From the NCBI GenBank assembly GCA_000934665.2, contig KZ538027.1, positions 62,001-126,000 on the forward strand: DNA of 64,000 nucleotides. The letters are read 5' to 3'. The notes under the pieces were generated by a model. It was given only the letters and a program-made list of their open reading frames with translations, was not told the DNA's origin and did not search any database. Shown here piece by piece: positions 52,601 through 64,000 of the stretch (position 1 is the stretch's first letter; each line of letters starts with the position of its first letter). The DNA is from Catajapyx aquilonaris. Its lineage: Eukaryota. Both the position numbers and the translations under genes were made by a program.

Positions 52601-53461
52601 GGACATGTCTCGCAGTCAGGGTTCATTGTTCTGTTTGCGCATGTCCCAGGCTTGAAACAAATCGCAGGGTAAATCAGCACTTCCTCCTGCTTGATTTATG
52701 GACCCTTTGCAAAGCTCGCAGGCAACCGCAAAAAAAAATGTGTGTGCAAATATACCCCCGCGACTTTTCAGAAGCCCTGGGTAGCTTCTACAGAAAAATC
52801 GTGGTTATCATATTAGCAGCTAATATCTTTCTCCTAATAAGATTATTCTCTCCGTCGGATGTTTGTCCGACTTGAGTATCGCTATTTCTCGCCAGACCTG
52901 AGATTGGCAGAAGTGTGCAGACAGGGTGAGCCATCTGTGCGCGAAGAATAGTATTAAGTGGTAAATCGGTGGGCCATTTCATTAAAGTTAATTGTCATTG
53001 ATTGCCCAATTTTGGCAACCGGTTTACTAGTATTTTATATAATCCCTAACCAACATGCACACTTCTGTATAATGTTAGAAAACAGGCAGCGACAAATTGT
53101 CACGACCTTTTGTGCAAATTGGCAGGTTTTTTAAATATGCAAAACAGCCTATCCTTGTTGTTTATTCAGAGGAGAATATTGTGACCTCGGGGGCCACATG
53201 CTGATTCCCACTGGTTTCAGTGAATATCTCCAAGAGGTTTTCACTGCCCATTTGTCCCGAGTGGAGTTGCCAAATGATCGCTGAGCTGGACACCGGATCA
53301 CTTCAAAACCTAAGGGCTGTCCTCGTATACTTCAAAACCATTGGGTCAGGTTAATGGTGTTGAAGGAATCCGGCGAGGAAAAGAAGTAGGTAAGTCGCAC
53401 TCACCACTGTTGGAACTGTATTCGCCGATGTACCTCTTCGTCAAGTAGCGCACTGTCACAG
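34669..53461 (-). CDS. RERGL: RERG/RERGL-like Ras-family small GTPase, 5'-partial. Exons 53461-53405, 46811-46735, 37509-37328, 34927-34669. The first coding exon with the P-loop was not found in the window.
   Basis: AVTVRYLTKRYIGEY, EVEILD, RWGDAFVIVYSVCD, G4 LLGNKRDL and G5 FYEVSAA. The C-terminus is basic (RKKRPSLSI*) with no CAAX. All four exons have GT-AG boundaries and matching phases. Exact subfamily (RERG/RERGL/RASL11-12) is uncertain. Confidence 0.82.
37610..38340. repeat. Intronic TATCGATA-rich degenerate repeat with a direct duplication at about 236 bp spacing
   Basis: About 10 TATCGATA and about 5 CATCGATA copies. CATGCAGCCAATCACAGGGCTCAGGACGTGACCCAAGAATATC occurs at about 37616 and about 37851. 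Confidence 0.85.
48849..48877. other. Assembly gap (N run) next to a poly-G tract
   Basis: Run of n characters. Single n positions also occur at about 45450 and about 50533, at homopolymer runs. Confidence 0.95.
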
Positions 53462-55731
53462 CTGAAATTGGAAGAATAAATAACATTAAAATTACTTTCA
53501 CTGCACAAAAAATATGACCCTCCATTTCATAATTGCGGTTGATCGTGACTGTTATAGCCATTTCGAGTCATGTCTTTTGACCTGTATAATAACCGGAGGA
53601 CCGGAAGATGCTGCATCCGGATTGCAACACCGACAGAAGAAAAAGTTTCTTCTCCATTTTTCTATATGGACAAAGAAATACGAGAGAATGTCTCGTTGAT
53701 CACGACTCGATTGCAATTGACCGATTGATCTGAGTAACGTAAAAATTGCGTCACATTTGGAGTCACCACCGTTCACTCTCTCTTTGCTGTTAGGGTCGTG
53801 CCGAGTCAACCGTGAATAAATACAGGATCATGATCTCCCCTATAAAGAATTTTTTTATATAAAAAAACGGGTGACACAATCGGCACAATCGGCACTTTGT
53901 TACCAGGTGCCGCATGTTTCAATCCGTAATCCGAAGTTGCTTTTTTTTGTCAGGGTCATTTACTTTCATGTCGTCCAACCAGCAGGTAATAAAAATTCTT
54001 CTAAAAATTATGTAACTTGCTTACTCCGAGAAGCAATACCTTATAAACGTGTGCGCTTCTCCAAAAAAAATAATATTCGCGGCAACAATGTTTTTTGCAA
54101 ATTTTTGACTGAAGTGCTAACCAGCCTATTATAGCAAATTAATTAATTGGTTAATAATAAAAATTTGAAAGCCACTGATTAGTGGTATAGCCAATTCGAG
54201 TCAACAATTCTTTCTGACAATCTGGGTGCGGTTTTTACAATCCAGCAGCAGCACCCCCCAATTCTGCATTGCCAACAATATTTCAATCCCGGACAGTTTG
54301 TCAGGCGCCCCATTAAATTACGAGACATATTCGGCACATTGCAAATTGGCTAATTTATGAGACGGGTTATATAAAATACCGTAAGCGGAGATCCGAGCAT
54401 ACATTCGCATCCTTGATCATGATCCCATTCGGATCCGGCCTTGGAAGGGCGTAGCACAGAACCAATACTGGCTCTTTGGAAGAGGACAACAATGACAACC
54501 AAATTGGCCTATACAATCGGGGCTGTTGTGGAGATAACCCACTCTCTGCAATTATTTATTTCAATGAGAGGCGCGCCCTCATTGCGACTTAGCTTGTCTT
54601 GCCCACAAGATAATGTCCTTTTTTTACACATATAAATATGTCCGTACGGGCGTGTACATAAGCCATGTGAAGATGACTTGTGACAACACAAGTGTGGTTT
54701 CCCTGAGTTACTACTGAGGAAGGATGGGTGCGGTGGGAAATGTCAAGGATTATGAGTTGAGCAAATAGAAGCCGGCTGAGACACTGTGGCAGTACACTAG
54801 AGATGGAAGTTAAGTCAACAGGAAACCCCCAACTACCAGTCAATTTTGCAGAGTATTTCTCCGTAAGCATCAACAATATGAAAATGAAGCTGTGACCAGT
54901 TGGCGCACAAAAAAGTAGACTATAAAAAGCCGTGTTAACAAGCGATTACGTCAAATGACAGTATTGTAAAAGAAGCCGGAGATTCGCTGTTGGGATTACG
55001 GGTGATGCTTGTTGTTAGTGGTTGGGCAGGTTTCATAGAGGCTGAGAGCCCCTGGAGAAAAATAAGGGCGGAAAAGTGGGTGTGGATGTCTGTACAATTG
55101 CGTTTCGAGGGAGACAGTAACATGCGACCTGGCGCCATGTATACGAGTCCCATGGAAAAAACCAGCAAACCCCAACAGACTTCCAGAGCCGGAATAAAAA
55201 TTCCGCTCGTGTCCCCCACAGTCTCGTGTGGCTTCTTTTGGGACACACGTGTTGAAGACCGCCAGAGGTAATCGACTTCTCTGGTTTCCCCAAAACCCCT
55301 TGCAAATGGGATTTACCGCCCTGAAACCACGTGCTGGAATCCCCATGGACCTTGGCAATGACCTTCTCCTTTGGATTGCCAGCGACAAGGGCAGTGACTG
55401 GCCGTAATTAGAACTCGGTCAAAAAAAAACCATCTAGCAGCATCCAAGGAGAATTCAACGCTCGAATCAGCTTAGTATTTCTTCGTAATCGTAAGATATC
55501 ACAGAGAGACTTCAACTCTCGAATCAGCTCATGCTTGTTGAATTCCCTGTGGATATTTGCATATGATTGCAACCGGAAATCCTGAGCAAATTGAGACCTG
55601 TCTTTGGCGACATTCCTTCATGCGTCTCTCTATCTATCTTTGAAGTCCTCTCGGAGGGCCCCACTTTCCTCCTTTAGGCGACATCGGCGCCGAGTTGACC
55701 CTGGACGTGGCCAATTCGTGACAACCAACCC

Positions 55732-55773
55732 CTTCTTCTTCTTCTTCTTCTTCTTCTTCTTCTTCTTCTTCTT
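55732..55773. repeat. (CTT)14 microsatellite
   Basis: Read directly from the sequence. Confidence 0.95.
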
Positions 55774-58700
55774 TTCCCCCTCCCTATTCGACTATCTCCA
55801 TTCCCTCAACATCCCACCGGCCATCTGCTACAACCTCCAGCGTTCCTTCTTCTTTTTTTTTAACCATGTCGTCTCAAGGCAGGAACCGCCTCGTGCGGTG
55901 ATTAAGACTTCATGTGGACACTCCGCTCTCAAACTTGTCCTTTTTTCTCCAGCTGAAGACATGTGAGTTCATCCACACATGAGTATATCGAGCCAACTGG
56001 CTGTCGTAAATCAGGCAGTGTGACGCCTCCCAATAAGTAATTTATGATTAATTTCCAAATTATACAAGACGCCATGCAGGTACCAATATATTTTTATATC
56101 CCCCCAACCCTTGCGGACCCCCCCTTCTTTTACCTTCGGGTATTGCCAGGCAAATCAGACTAATTGGAGGGGGATGCCACAACCCCCACTGGCTTTTGTT
56201 AATTGGTTCGTTATTGAGCTGTGGAGTTCAGTCCAACAACTATCTCTACCATCTCAGAAGGAAAAGGGTGGAACCCGGATCGCTCTAAATATATATAAAA
56301 AAAAGGACGAGCCCGAAGCCAGCTCATATCCTTTATAACTACATGGTTTTCCTCCTTTTTTTGTACGACTGTGGTGTGTATGTCTTTTAAGGAGAAAAAA
56401 AAAGGTGAGATCCAATCAGTAGACGTGAGCACGTGCCCGGGCGTCTTCAACGCTGCTAATTCAGTTCGAGATTGACATGAAGACACTTGGACAGTGACAG
56501 GGTACGGACACTGTTGTTTTGTGACTCGAGTTCTGGTCAGGAAGTCTGGTGACAGCTCTTTTTTTTTTTTGATAACTAATGGAAGAAGTTGCCAAGGTCA
56601 AGATCCGGACCGTCGATATGAAAGAGTGTGTGGGACGGTTGTTGATGTTTTTCGTCTTTCCAATTTTGGTTGCAATGAAGGCGTGAGAAAACTCGTGAGT
56701 TTTTAACTCCTAATGGCTGGGTTCCATTAAGGCTGAGCACGGAAATTAATTCTTGGGTGTAATGAAGTTCCAAATGGATTTTTTGGTGCTGAAGAAATAT
56801 GAGGTGCCTCTCATAATGTTGTGAGAAACCGATTTATTCTCGCAAAAGGTTTCAAGGTTAACACATGATCATTGATATCAACATGAACATGTCATCATCC
56901 TTTCAACAAGTTTCCTCATACACGACCTGAAGTCAATGAAGTTCTCGCATTTTTCGACACCCAAATTGCTGGGGTCCCCATCACTCTAGTAATTGGTAGA
57001 GGCCCTTGTTTCATTTTTTTTTCTGGAACATCTTGGGGCAGACACCCGCCACTTTGCAAAAAAGAGGCTCTCTCGTCTCCTATCGGAAGTTTGCCAACTC
57101 GTCTCCTAACAATGTTTTTTTTCCTTAATTTCTCCGACCTTTTTAACCTTCCTCAGCCAACAAAAGCTAGGACTATAAAATCGTAGTTTTATCATCTCAT
57201 CAGTGACGATTACTGCAAACAAAATCTCTTCCTTGTTCAGTTGAATCACCCAATGGTAATGGTGGGTAAATAATGAGCAACTTCATTTGTGCTCAGGAAT
57301 TTTTTGAGCAGGTATATACCGCCCCCTTTTCAAAAACGCATCGATTTTAATTAGCGCAATGTTTTTCATGTACTTACCCAGGAGGCAAGACCCACAAAAT
57401 TATGCGTTACTTATCCTCAAATTGCAGGCCTGTCGTACTCAAAACATGGCACTTGGAATGCCTCGAGTGACTTATACGCCAACATTACCATTCCGCACCG
57501 AAAAAAAATTATCATAAGTACATGCTGCAGAGCGCGCAAAAATATTTCACCAGCCACAAAAAAAAACCGGATTTTCTCATTTCCGCGTTTGTGTGCATTG
57601 TGTCGTTTTTTTTAACGATCGGTGCCAGAAATATATACGGTTGATTACACAATAAATTCGGAGGGGGGGTTGTTCAGGCCCATAAATCCGGTCCCACAGG
57701 AGGGGGCGTGCTTAATGAGGCCACCTCATTTGAAGTGCTTCACTATTCATCATCTCCTAAGACGTCTTAAAATATTCGACGATTATACACAAGGCTTTTA
57801 CGACTAGATAGGTAACCAGTACTAGGGTTTTTTGAAGTAAAGGTATGCCCAGTTTGCATAAAGTCGTCTGTTGGGTTTTTGAGGTAGGAAGTATGTTGCT
57901 GCTTGCATTTTTTCCGCATTCTTGTGGCCCGTACAAGCTCGAACTAAGTACAAATAGTGTTGCTGATATAAACGCCAGACAGATTTATAACCGCATTTGC
58001 ATTGTATGGAACAATGCAATTGAGTATTCATATCACGTCCCAGTAGCCGGATGATTATGGTTGTGTGTACTACTGCACTGCAAACACATAGCTAAAAATG
58101 TAAATCAGGCAAAAGTCTATGCTTTCTCCTTCAACTTCCAAGAGATCCATCATCTCTCTAATGGATTCAAGACGTTAGAGGTCAGGGTTGATATCGCGGC
58201 AGACACACACAACCAATGTCAACTTGTTTCCAGCATGGCCAAGCAAGGTCAATCGGCACATTTAATGCTGCAAGCTGTGGTCTTCTTCTTTTTTGGATGG
58301 AGGTTAGACGAAGAAAAAAAAAATGTTGGCCACAAAACTTTCCCATATTCAATTGGGGCAACAAGGACACGATCTGCACTGGTAAAAGGAAGTAAAACAT
58401 GATGGGAACAACTACTGTCACTTTCTGGTAGCAAATAATGAGTCAATGAACAGCATTTCCTTAATATTGCATTATTATGACGGTTTAAAATTTTTTTGAA
58501 CAGATATGTCGTTCAATCTAAGTTTCATGAAACATTTGAAAAAATTAAACATCAGGGCGTGTTTGTGCCTGTCCTTTATCATGATACAATGTAGACACCT
58601 ATTTTTTTCCATATATCTTTTTGGGGCGTAGGGCATCTCATTAATTCGCTTCGTCGAAAGTCGGTTCCTGATAGACCCATTAATATTCTATTAGGTCTCC

Positions 58701-61700
58701 TCACCCGTTTGTAAATCAGCAGGAAGCTACGCCGCTGACAACATTAACGGACGGGTTATTAAACAATTATGAGCGTTTTCGCCTCATCCCCTTACACGAC
58801 CTTTGGCCAAATATTTACGACCATAAAGGAGCCAATCCATCCAACTTTTCCCTTTTTTTTCCGGTCTGGTGACAAGATCTTACTGCATATGAGATTGGTC
58901 GAAAAAAAAAATTAATGAGAAGTGCCTCACAGAAATAAAGAGACACAAGAAACGAAAGTATAGAAAGTCAACCTGTGGGTATGACCCGAGGTTATTGACT
59001 CCAGGTCAAGCTTCCGAAAATTCGCAAAAAGGTAACCTCCAAATGTCATGTCTTAATCTTCCAGGTTTTGGTCAATGATGGAAAGGAGCGTACGTATACC
59101 TGAGGCTGTGGGGCATAATTTGCATGCAATTTGACGTCTGATCCATCGGTTGGTCCACGCCCTTTTAGATTTTTACAAGGAAGGAATGGGAGGGTGGGCC
59201 ATCAGAAAATTAGGCGCCGTAGTTTCTATTAACCTTGGCCCCAAGTGTCGGCCTTGGCCTAAACGGGGGTGCTTTCTTTGAAAATTAATAAGGAAATATT
59301 AACACTGCCCTGACTAACCTAAAGCGCTCTGTAATTTTAGGCCTGAATCTAGACACCCACGTTTAACATTTGTTTTTTTTTTAAAATATTCCCACCCCCC
59401 ATCAGTACAGTGCTGTCCAATTATATACTCCCATTGAGCGACATTGTTGGATCCAAGTGAAAGGCTGTAATTATCAGGTGACAATCCAGCCGTGTCCAGA
59501 ATATTTCGAACTGTTCAATGCCCAGTTATTAGCATTAAATCATAATTCCGATTTGTTTTCTCTCCCCCCCCCCCCCCAAAAAAAAAATAAAATAAAAATA
59601 AAACGGAAATGGGAGTGTCTTGTAAGCACGTGAGCCTTTCGGGGGTACCATCGAAACACTTTACGAATAGCATAACCCTAGAAGGAAATATCTCTTCCAT
59701 TATACTGTCACCTTAAAGGAACTTCCAACCCCCTAGAGGAAGCCATGTTTGGGGTACTGCCCATCCTTCATAAGTAGGCCCCCTTTTAACCACTTTTCCT
59801 TTTTTCTCTCTCTCTCTCTACTAGTTTCATTTTCAGGGCTGGAAGGTGATTTTCAACGTCGCTTCCTCGCTTCTTTTTTTTGCCTCTGATAAATGGTCGC
59901 CGCCTATAGGGTCAGATGAGGCCCTTTTTGTTAAGGTGTGTATGTGTTTGGAGTTGCCTCCCAAAAAAAAAAAGGATGAAGGAGGATACCCCCCTCTAAA
60001 AAAAGACCGTGGGTTAGTAAAGAAGCGGCTGGATTTGATACGGTTCGTTTCGGATTTGTATGCACCCTTCAGAATTTTGGGGGCAAGGAATTTTCTTTTT
60101 AGGCTTGAAAAAAACGGGCCAATATATCACTTAAGGTATACAAGAAGAAGGCATGATTATGATCTGGCTAGACAGCACGTTGACTAAAAATAGACCAAAT
60201 CATTGATGAGATTCTCACTGAATATATAGGGCAAGTAGTAGTGTACCACCCTCGTGTTGTATGTCCCCATGTTTGACACGCTGCATAACATAGTGTACGA
60301 GACGGAATGCGTCACGCCCATAATCTTCCCTTCGTGGAGTATCACACATCATGGCGTTATCAGCAAGTGCATCTTGAAAAGCTGAAACTAAAACGTCCAT
60401 TATGGCAGGCGGCGCAGTAAATAAATGCTGAGGAGTCCGGGACATCTGACCTCCACTTCCATAGCACAGAATAGTGTTTTTTTTTGTATGTGTGTCTGTT
60501 GCCTAAAATGACGACGACGACAGACGAAGAGGACCCTCGAGGGGGTAGTGTCGGCATTAGTAACATTTCTCATTTGGTAAAAATGTTTTATCAGTTGAAA
60601 CACGCAATATAGGCATTAATTTCTGTTCAAGCTCTATTTTTTTTGTGTGTACACCGAATATTTTTCTCCCAGCCGTCTATGCCATCTCGACCCCAATTTT
60701 ACACCCACTGCGCCTATAAATCTACCTGCACGACTTGAATCTGATTAGACAGAATTAGTGGAAGTACATTTTTGTTACATTATAATAATAATTCTATAGT
60801 AACGAGCATAATCCAGCAATAAGATGGGAAGGACATCAATGATGCTTCCTTTCGAAATTTTCTATAGCGGCACGACATGACGGAGGTGTTTAACGTTAAT
60901 TATTGAAGATTTGTATCAATTTTGGCTGACGTAGTACTCTCAGTACTCTGAAAGTGGGTTAGGTAGCCGTTAACGTAAATACCAACAAACTTTCTGCCTT
61001 ATACTATACAATATGTATAAGATAGTAATATTTGTTACATTTTTTAGCGGATCTCATCCTGCTTTTTTTCCGAATTTCGCAGCCGGACCTTTAGCGGCTG
61101 ATAAATCACGCACTTGCCGCCACAACCAATCACGATTCGCTTATCTGGCCCTAATGATGACCCCGGACAGCCACGAAAGACCCCCCACGGTTAATTTACG
61201 CCTGGAGTGTCAGAAAAACAGCGCTTCCAGGCAACAATCATCGTGGCTGAGAGAGAAAATCTCGATGAACAAAATTATATTGTATAAGCCTCGAGGCTGT
61301 AATTTTCATCTGATTACATACAACACACGTGCAAATAGCGACGCTCCCGATTGGGTCCCGTTTTGTGCAGGTTGTGATCCATTGTTCTGTGCTAAAAATG
61401 GGAGTAATTATTGAAGTGAGAGCTCTGGCACACACTGTGATTGACCAAAAAAAAGAAGAAGAAAGAGTACAATCACTTCATATTATTATTATTGGGAAGA
61501 GAGGAGGGGGAATCCCCGGGACGTGCAATTGAATTAGCACATGTCCGGATAGTTTGAAGGTATGCTCGGGTTGAGACAATAGGAGCCTGATGAGCCTGTC
61601 AGAACAGCCTGACGAGGAGGGACCGTAATCAGAGGCAGAAGAATGGGTCAGAGGTCAGCTGTTGACCAACTTGCGCACTGTCACTTTTATTGTGTGCAGG

Positions 61701-61754
61701 GTACCGGTACTCTCTTATAAACTGACTGATCGGGGTCCAGCTGTCTCTTATATA

Positions 61755-61850
61755 CAGGGTGGTACACTTTCTAAATCATCTTGAGAATCACTCTATTATT
61801 ATTTTTATACAAATCACATAATATGATTAACTAATTAAAGCAAATAATTA
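61755..61850. mobile_element. Terminus/fragment of the same Tc1/mariner-type family as 33705-33977
   Basis: TA|CAGGGTGGTACACT followed by CTAATTAAAGCAAATAATT, which resembles the reverse complement of 33900-33977. No partner terminus was identified. Confidence 0.5.
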
Positions 61851-64000
61851 ATAAGTTGTTACCAAATTTCTAATTTATTTGCTCATAGTAATTATTGAAG
61901 AGTTGTGTCCCAATTTTGGGTGAAGTATGTAGCCTACGTGAATATGCCGGGCAGGCATTTATCGTTCCAGAAAACGATAGATCGAGGAAAACGATAGATC
62001 GGGAAAAACGATACATTCGGACGGATTTATATATTATTTTACATTACATTATATCCACCTTGCGTTTCGTCCCCTTGATTGCGATTCAGGTGAAACATTT
62101 TCGTCCAATTTTGATTCATCGCCTAAAATGAACAGTTTAATTTATATCTTTAATAATGACATATTTACTTTAACATCATTTCTTAATAGTGTTACGTATC
62201 CGGTTTCCGTTTGAAAATGAATTCATTTGACATGATTAAACCTGGCCGCAAAGTCAGCCAGTTGGAAGGAATTGGTATATATAAGTGTCCCTAATCCACA
62301 CTTGAACTTGGGCAATGAACCAGCCTGTATTTTTCACCGCATGGCACACGGTACAATGGCCGTAACCGTGCAGAAAGCAGAGGGGCAGTGACTCATCTGT
62401 AGCCTGCAGTTAATAATAATAATAAAAACCAACATGCATATGCACAAAAATATCCACATGATGATGGAGTGCACCATTTTGCAATAATTTTTGCAAGGAA
62501 AAGAGCCCTTTTCCGGCTTCGCTAATTACGAGAAAAGTGGGACTTCGTGACTCGTAATCTCCGCTGGTGCTCGCTGACTTTTAAATGATCAAGAAATGAG
62601 TCGTAAACGTCTCTGGGCAGTGATTTGTGGTAAAAATTAAAAGTAGGCACCCAGGCGTGCCTATACTTGCTGGACTCTTAACACTATTAAAACCTAGGTG
62701 CCAAGACCTATAGGTGGGATTACAAGAGATTGCATGAAAAAATCCCTTTAGGAGTGATGAATTATGCTGAGCCCTCCCAATGGGAGTCACGCCTCCTTTC
62801 TCAAGATGACACTATCTGAAAAAGGAAGCGTGAGAAGACCCCGGAAACCCTCCGAAAGCTTCCTTGATGCTCGGCACTCTCGTGCTCTCTTCAAAAGAAG
62901 AAGAAGTATGGAGCGAACACCTTTTGGGCATGTATATGTATATTATCCTCTCCCTCATCCCGATGCAGCGAAGGTTAAGGTCCTCGGCGCGAATTCCAAA
63001 GGAGAAGGTCACCTCAAGAGGGCAACAGTATTATATAGGAGGTTTTGTCCTTCTTCACCGCACATTTTTGCACCTTGAGGCTAGCAATTGCACATTCACG
63101 TGTGGGCAGGACATTCCAAACAAGCAATTATATTCATGCCACTTGGTCACTTAATATTGAAGCAATAGCCACCTTTACTGCAGTAGGCCCTAGTGTAAAA
63201 AGTATTTGAGCCAATTCGGAGGAGGGTCTTACCATTGACAATTCCTGTTTACTGTCACGTTTGCCTGACTGAATTTGCACAGTTGACAAAACAGGTGCCC
63301 TGAGGGAGTCTATTCAGGTGCAGTTCGGCGGGGATATATTCCCTCTTTTTATTGCTTCCTCCCAGGTAGGGCTTTCTCCACCAACTTTTACTGTTCCTAT
63401 ATTTATAATAGGGGGGTAATGAAAACTCGCAGAGAGGAAGAGACCTGCTTTTACACCTGGATGAGAAGGTATATAGTCATGAAGAGAGTTTTTTTCCTTG
63501 CATGTGAGTTTGTACAGAGCAAATAAAAATTCCGCCTTGGAGGTGTCCGTGATTCAAAGCAACCGATGGTCACTTATCACGCCATAGCTTCCTGAAAATT
63601 GGCAGGTTCAGAGAGAGAGAGAAAAAACGGCACCTTCATTTGAATATACTGCAATTACAGCGGATTATTTTGCAGCACGACCCGAGTTAATGTTCGTAAT
63701 TTTGTGGACTAAAACCGTCGAACTTTCACCCTGTAGCTTCTTGGGAGGCGCGATTAATCCAGTAATTATCCTTACAGGGTCATATAAAAAGCACATAAAA
63801 GTGGCGGGTGTTGCACAAGTCTTTCTTTTTAATAGGCGGAAAATTTTTCCCACACTTAGCAACAGGCCGGTTTATTAGCTTGGAATACATTTTAGCACTG
63901 CTTATAAAAGCTGCTAAAAGTGATTGACATTTTGTCAACAATTTATTTCGAATTTTTAAGCAATTATTTTTGACACGTGCCGATTTAAAGCCGCACTCAC

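Noticed and set aside
54935..55388. Cluster of overlapping 90-130 aa ORFs in the RERGL upstream intron region
   Set aside because: No P-loop or other motif, so it is not the missing first exon.

Overview
Eukaryotic genomic DNA, probably from an invertebrate (arthropod-like). It has spliceosomal GT-AG introns, many only about 55-90 nt, and small assembly gaps. I reconstructed six intron-containing genes by hand, and splice phases are consistent in all of them. From 4.5 to 32 kb is a compact cluster: TAB2/3 (+), SYF2 (-), HIBADH (+), an MFSD9-like transporter (-) and NPAT/mxc (+). These alternate tail-to-tail and head-to-head. From 34.6 kb onward is a RERG/RERGL-like atypical Ras GTPase (-) with large introns; its first coding exon was not found and is probably beyond the window. 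Several short non-autonomous DNA transposons are present (hAT/Buster, Tc1/mariner, Harbinger-like). The most unusual structure is the SYF2/HIBADH bidirectional promoter, which is largely a 12-unit tandem array with a period of about 56 bp. Each unit carries an NRF1/EWG-type RCGCATGCGY palindrome, and the units form a higher-order 3-unit repeat. Other leads: an overlapping uORF, a candidate poison acceptor and alternative C-termini in TAB2; stop-free 3n introns in NPAT; a CLEAR/CCAAT module bracketed by an inverted repeat; and an intronic TATCGATA cluster. Gene names come from recalled family motifs, not database searches.
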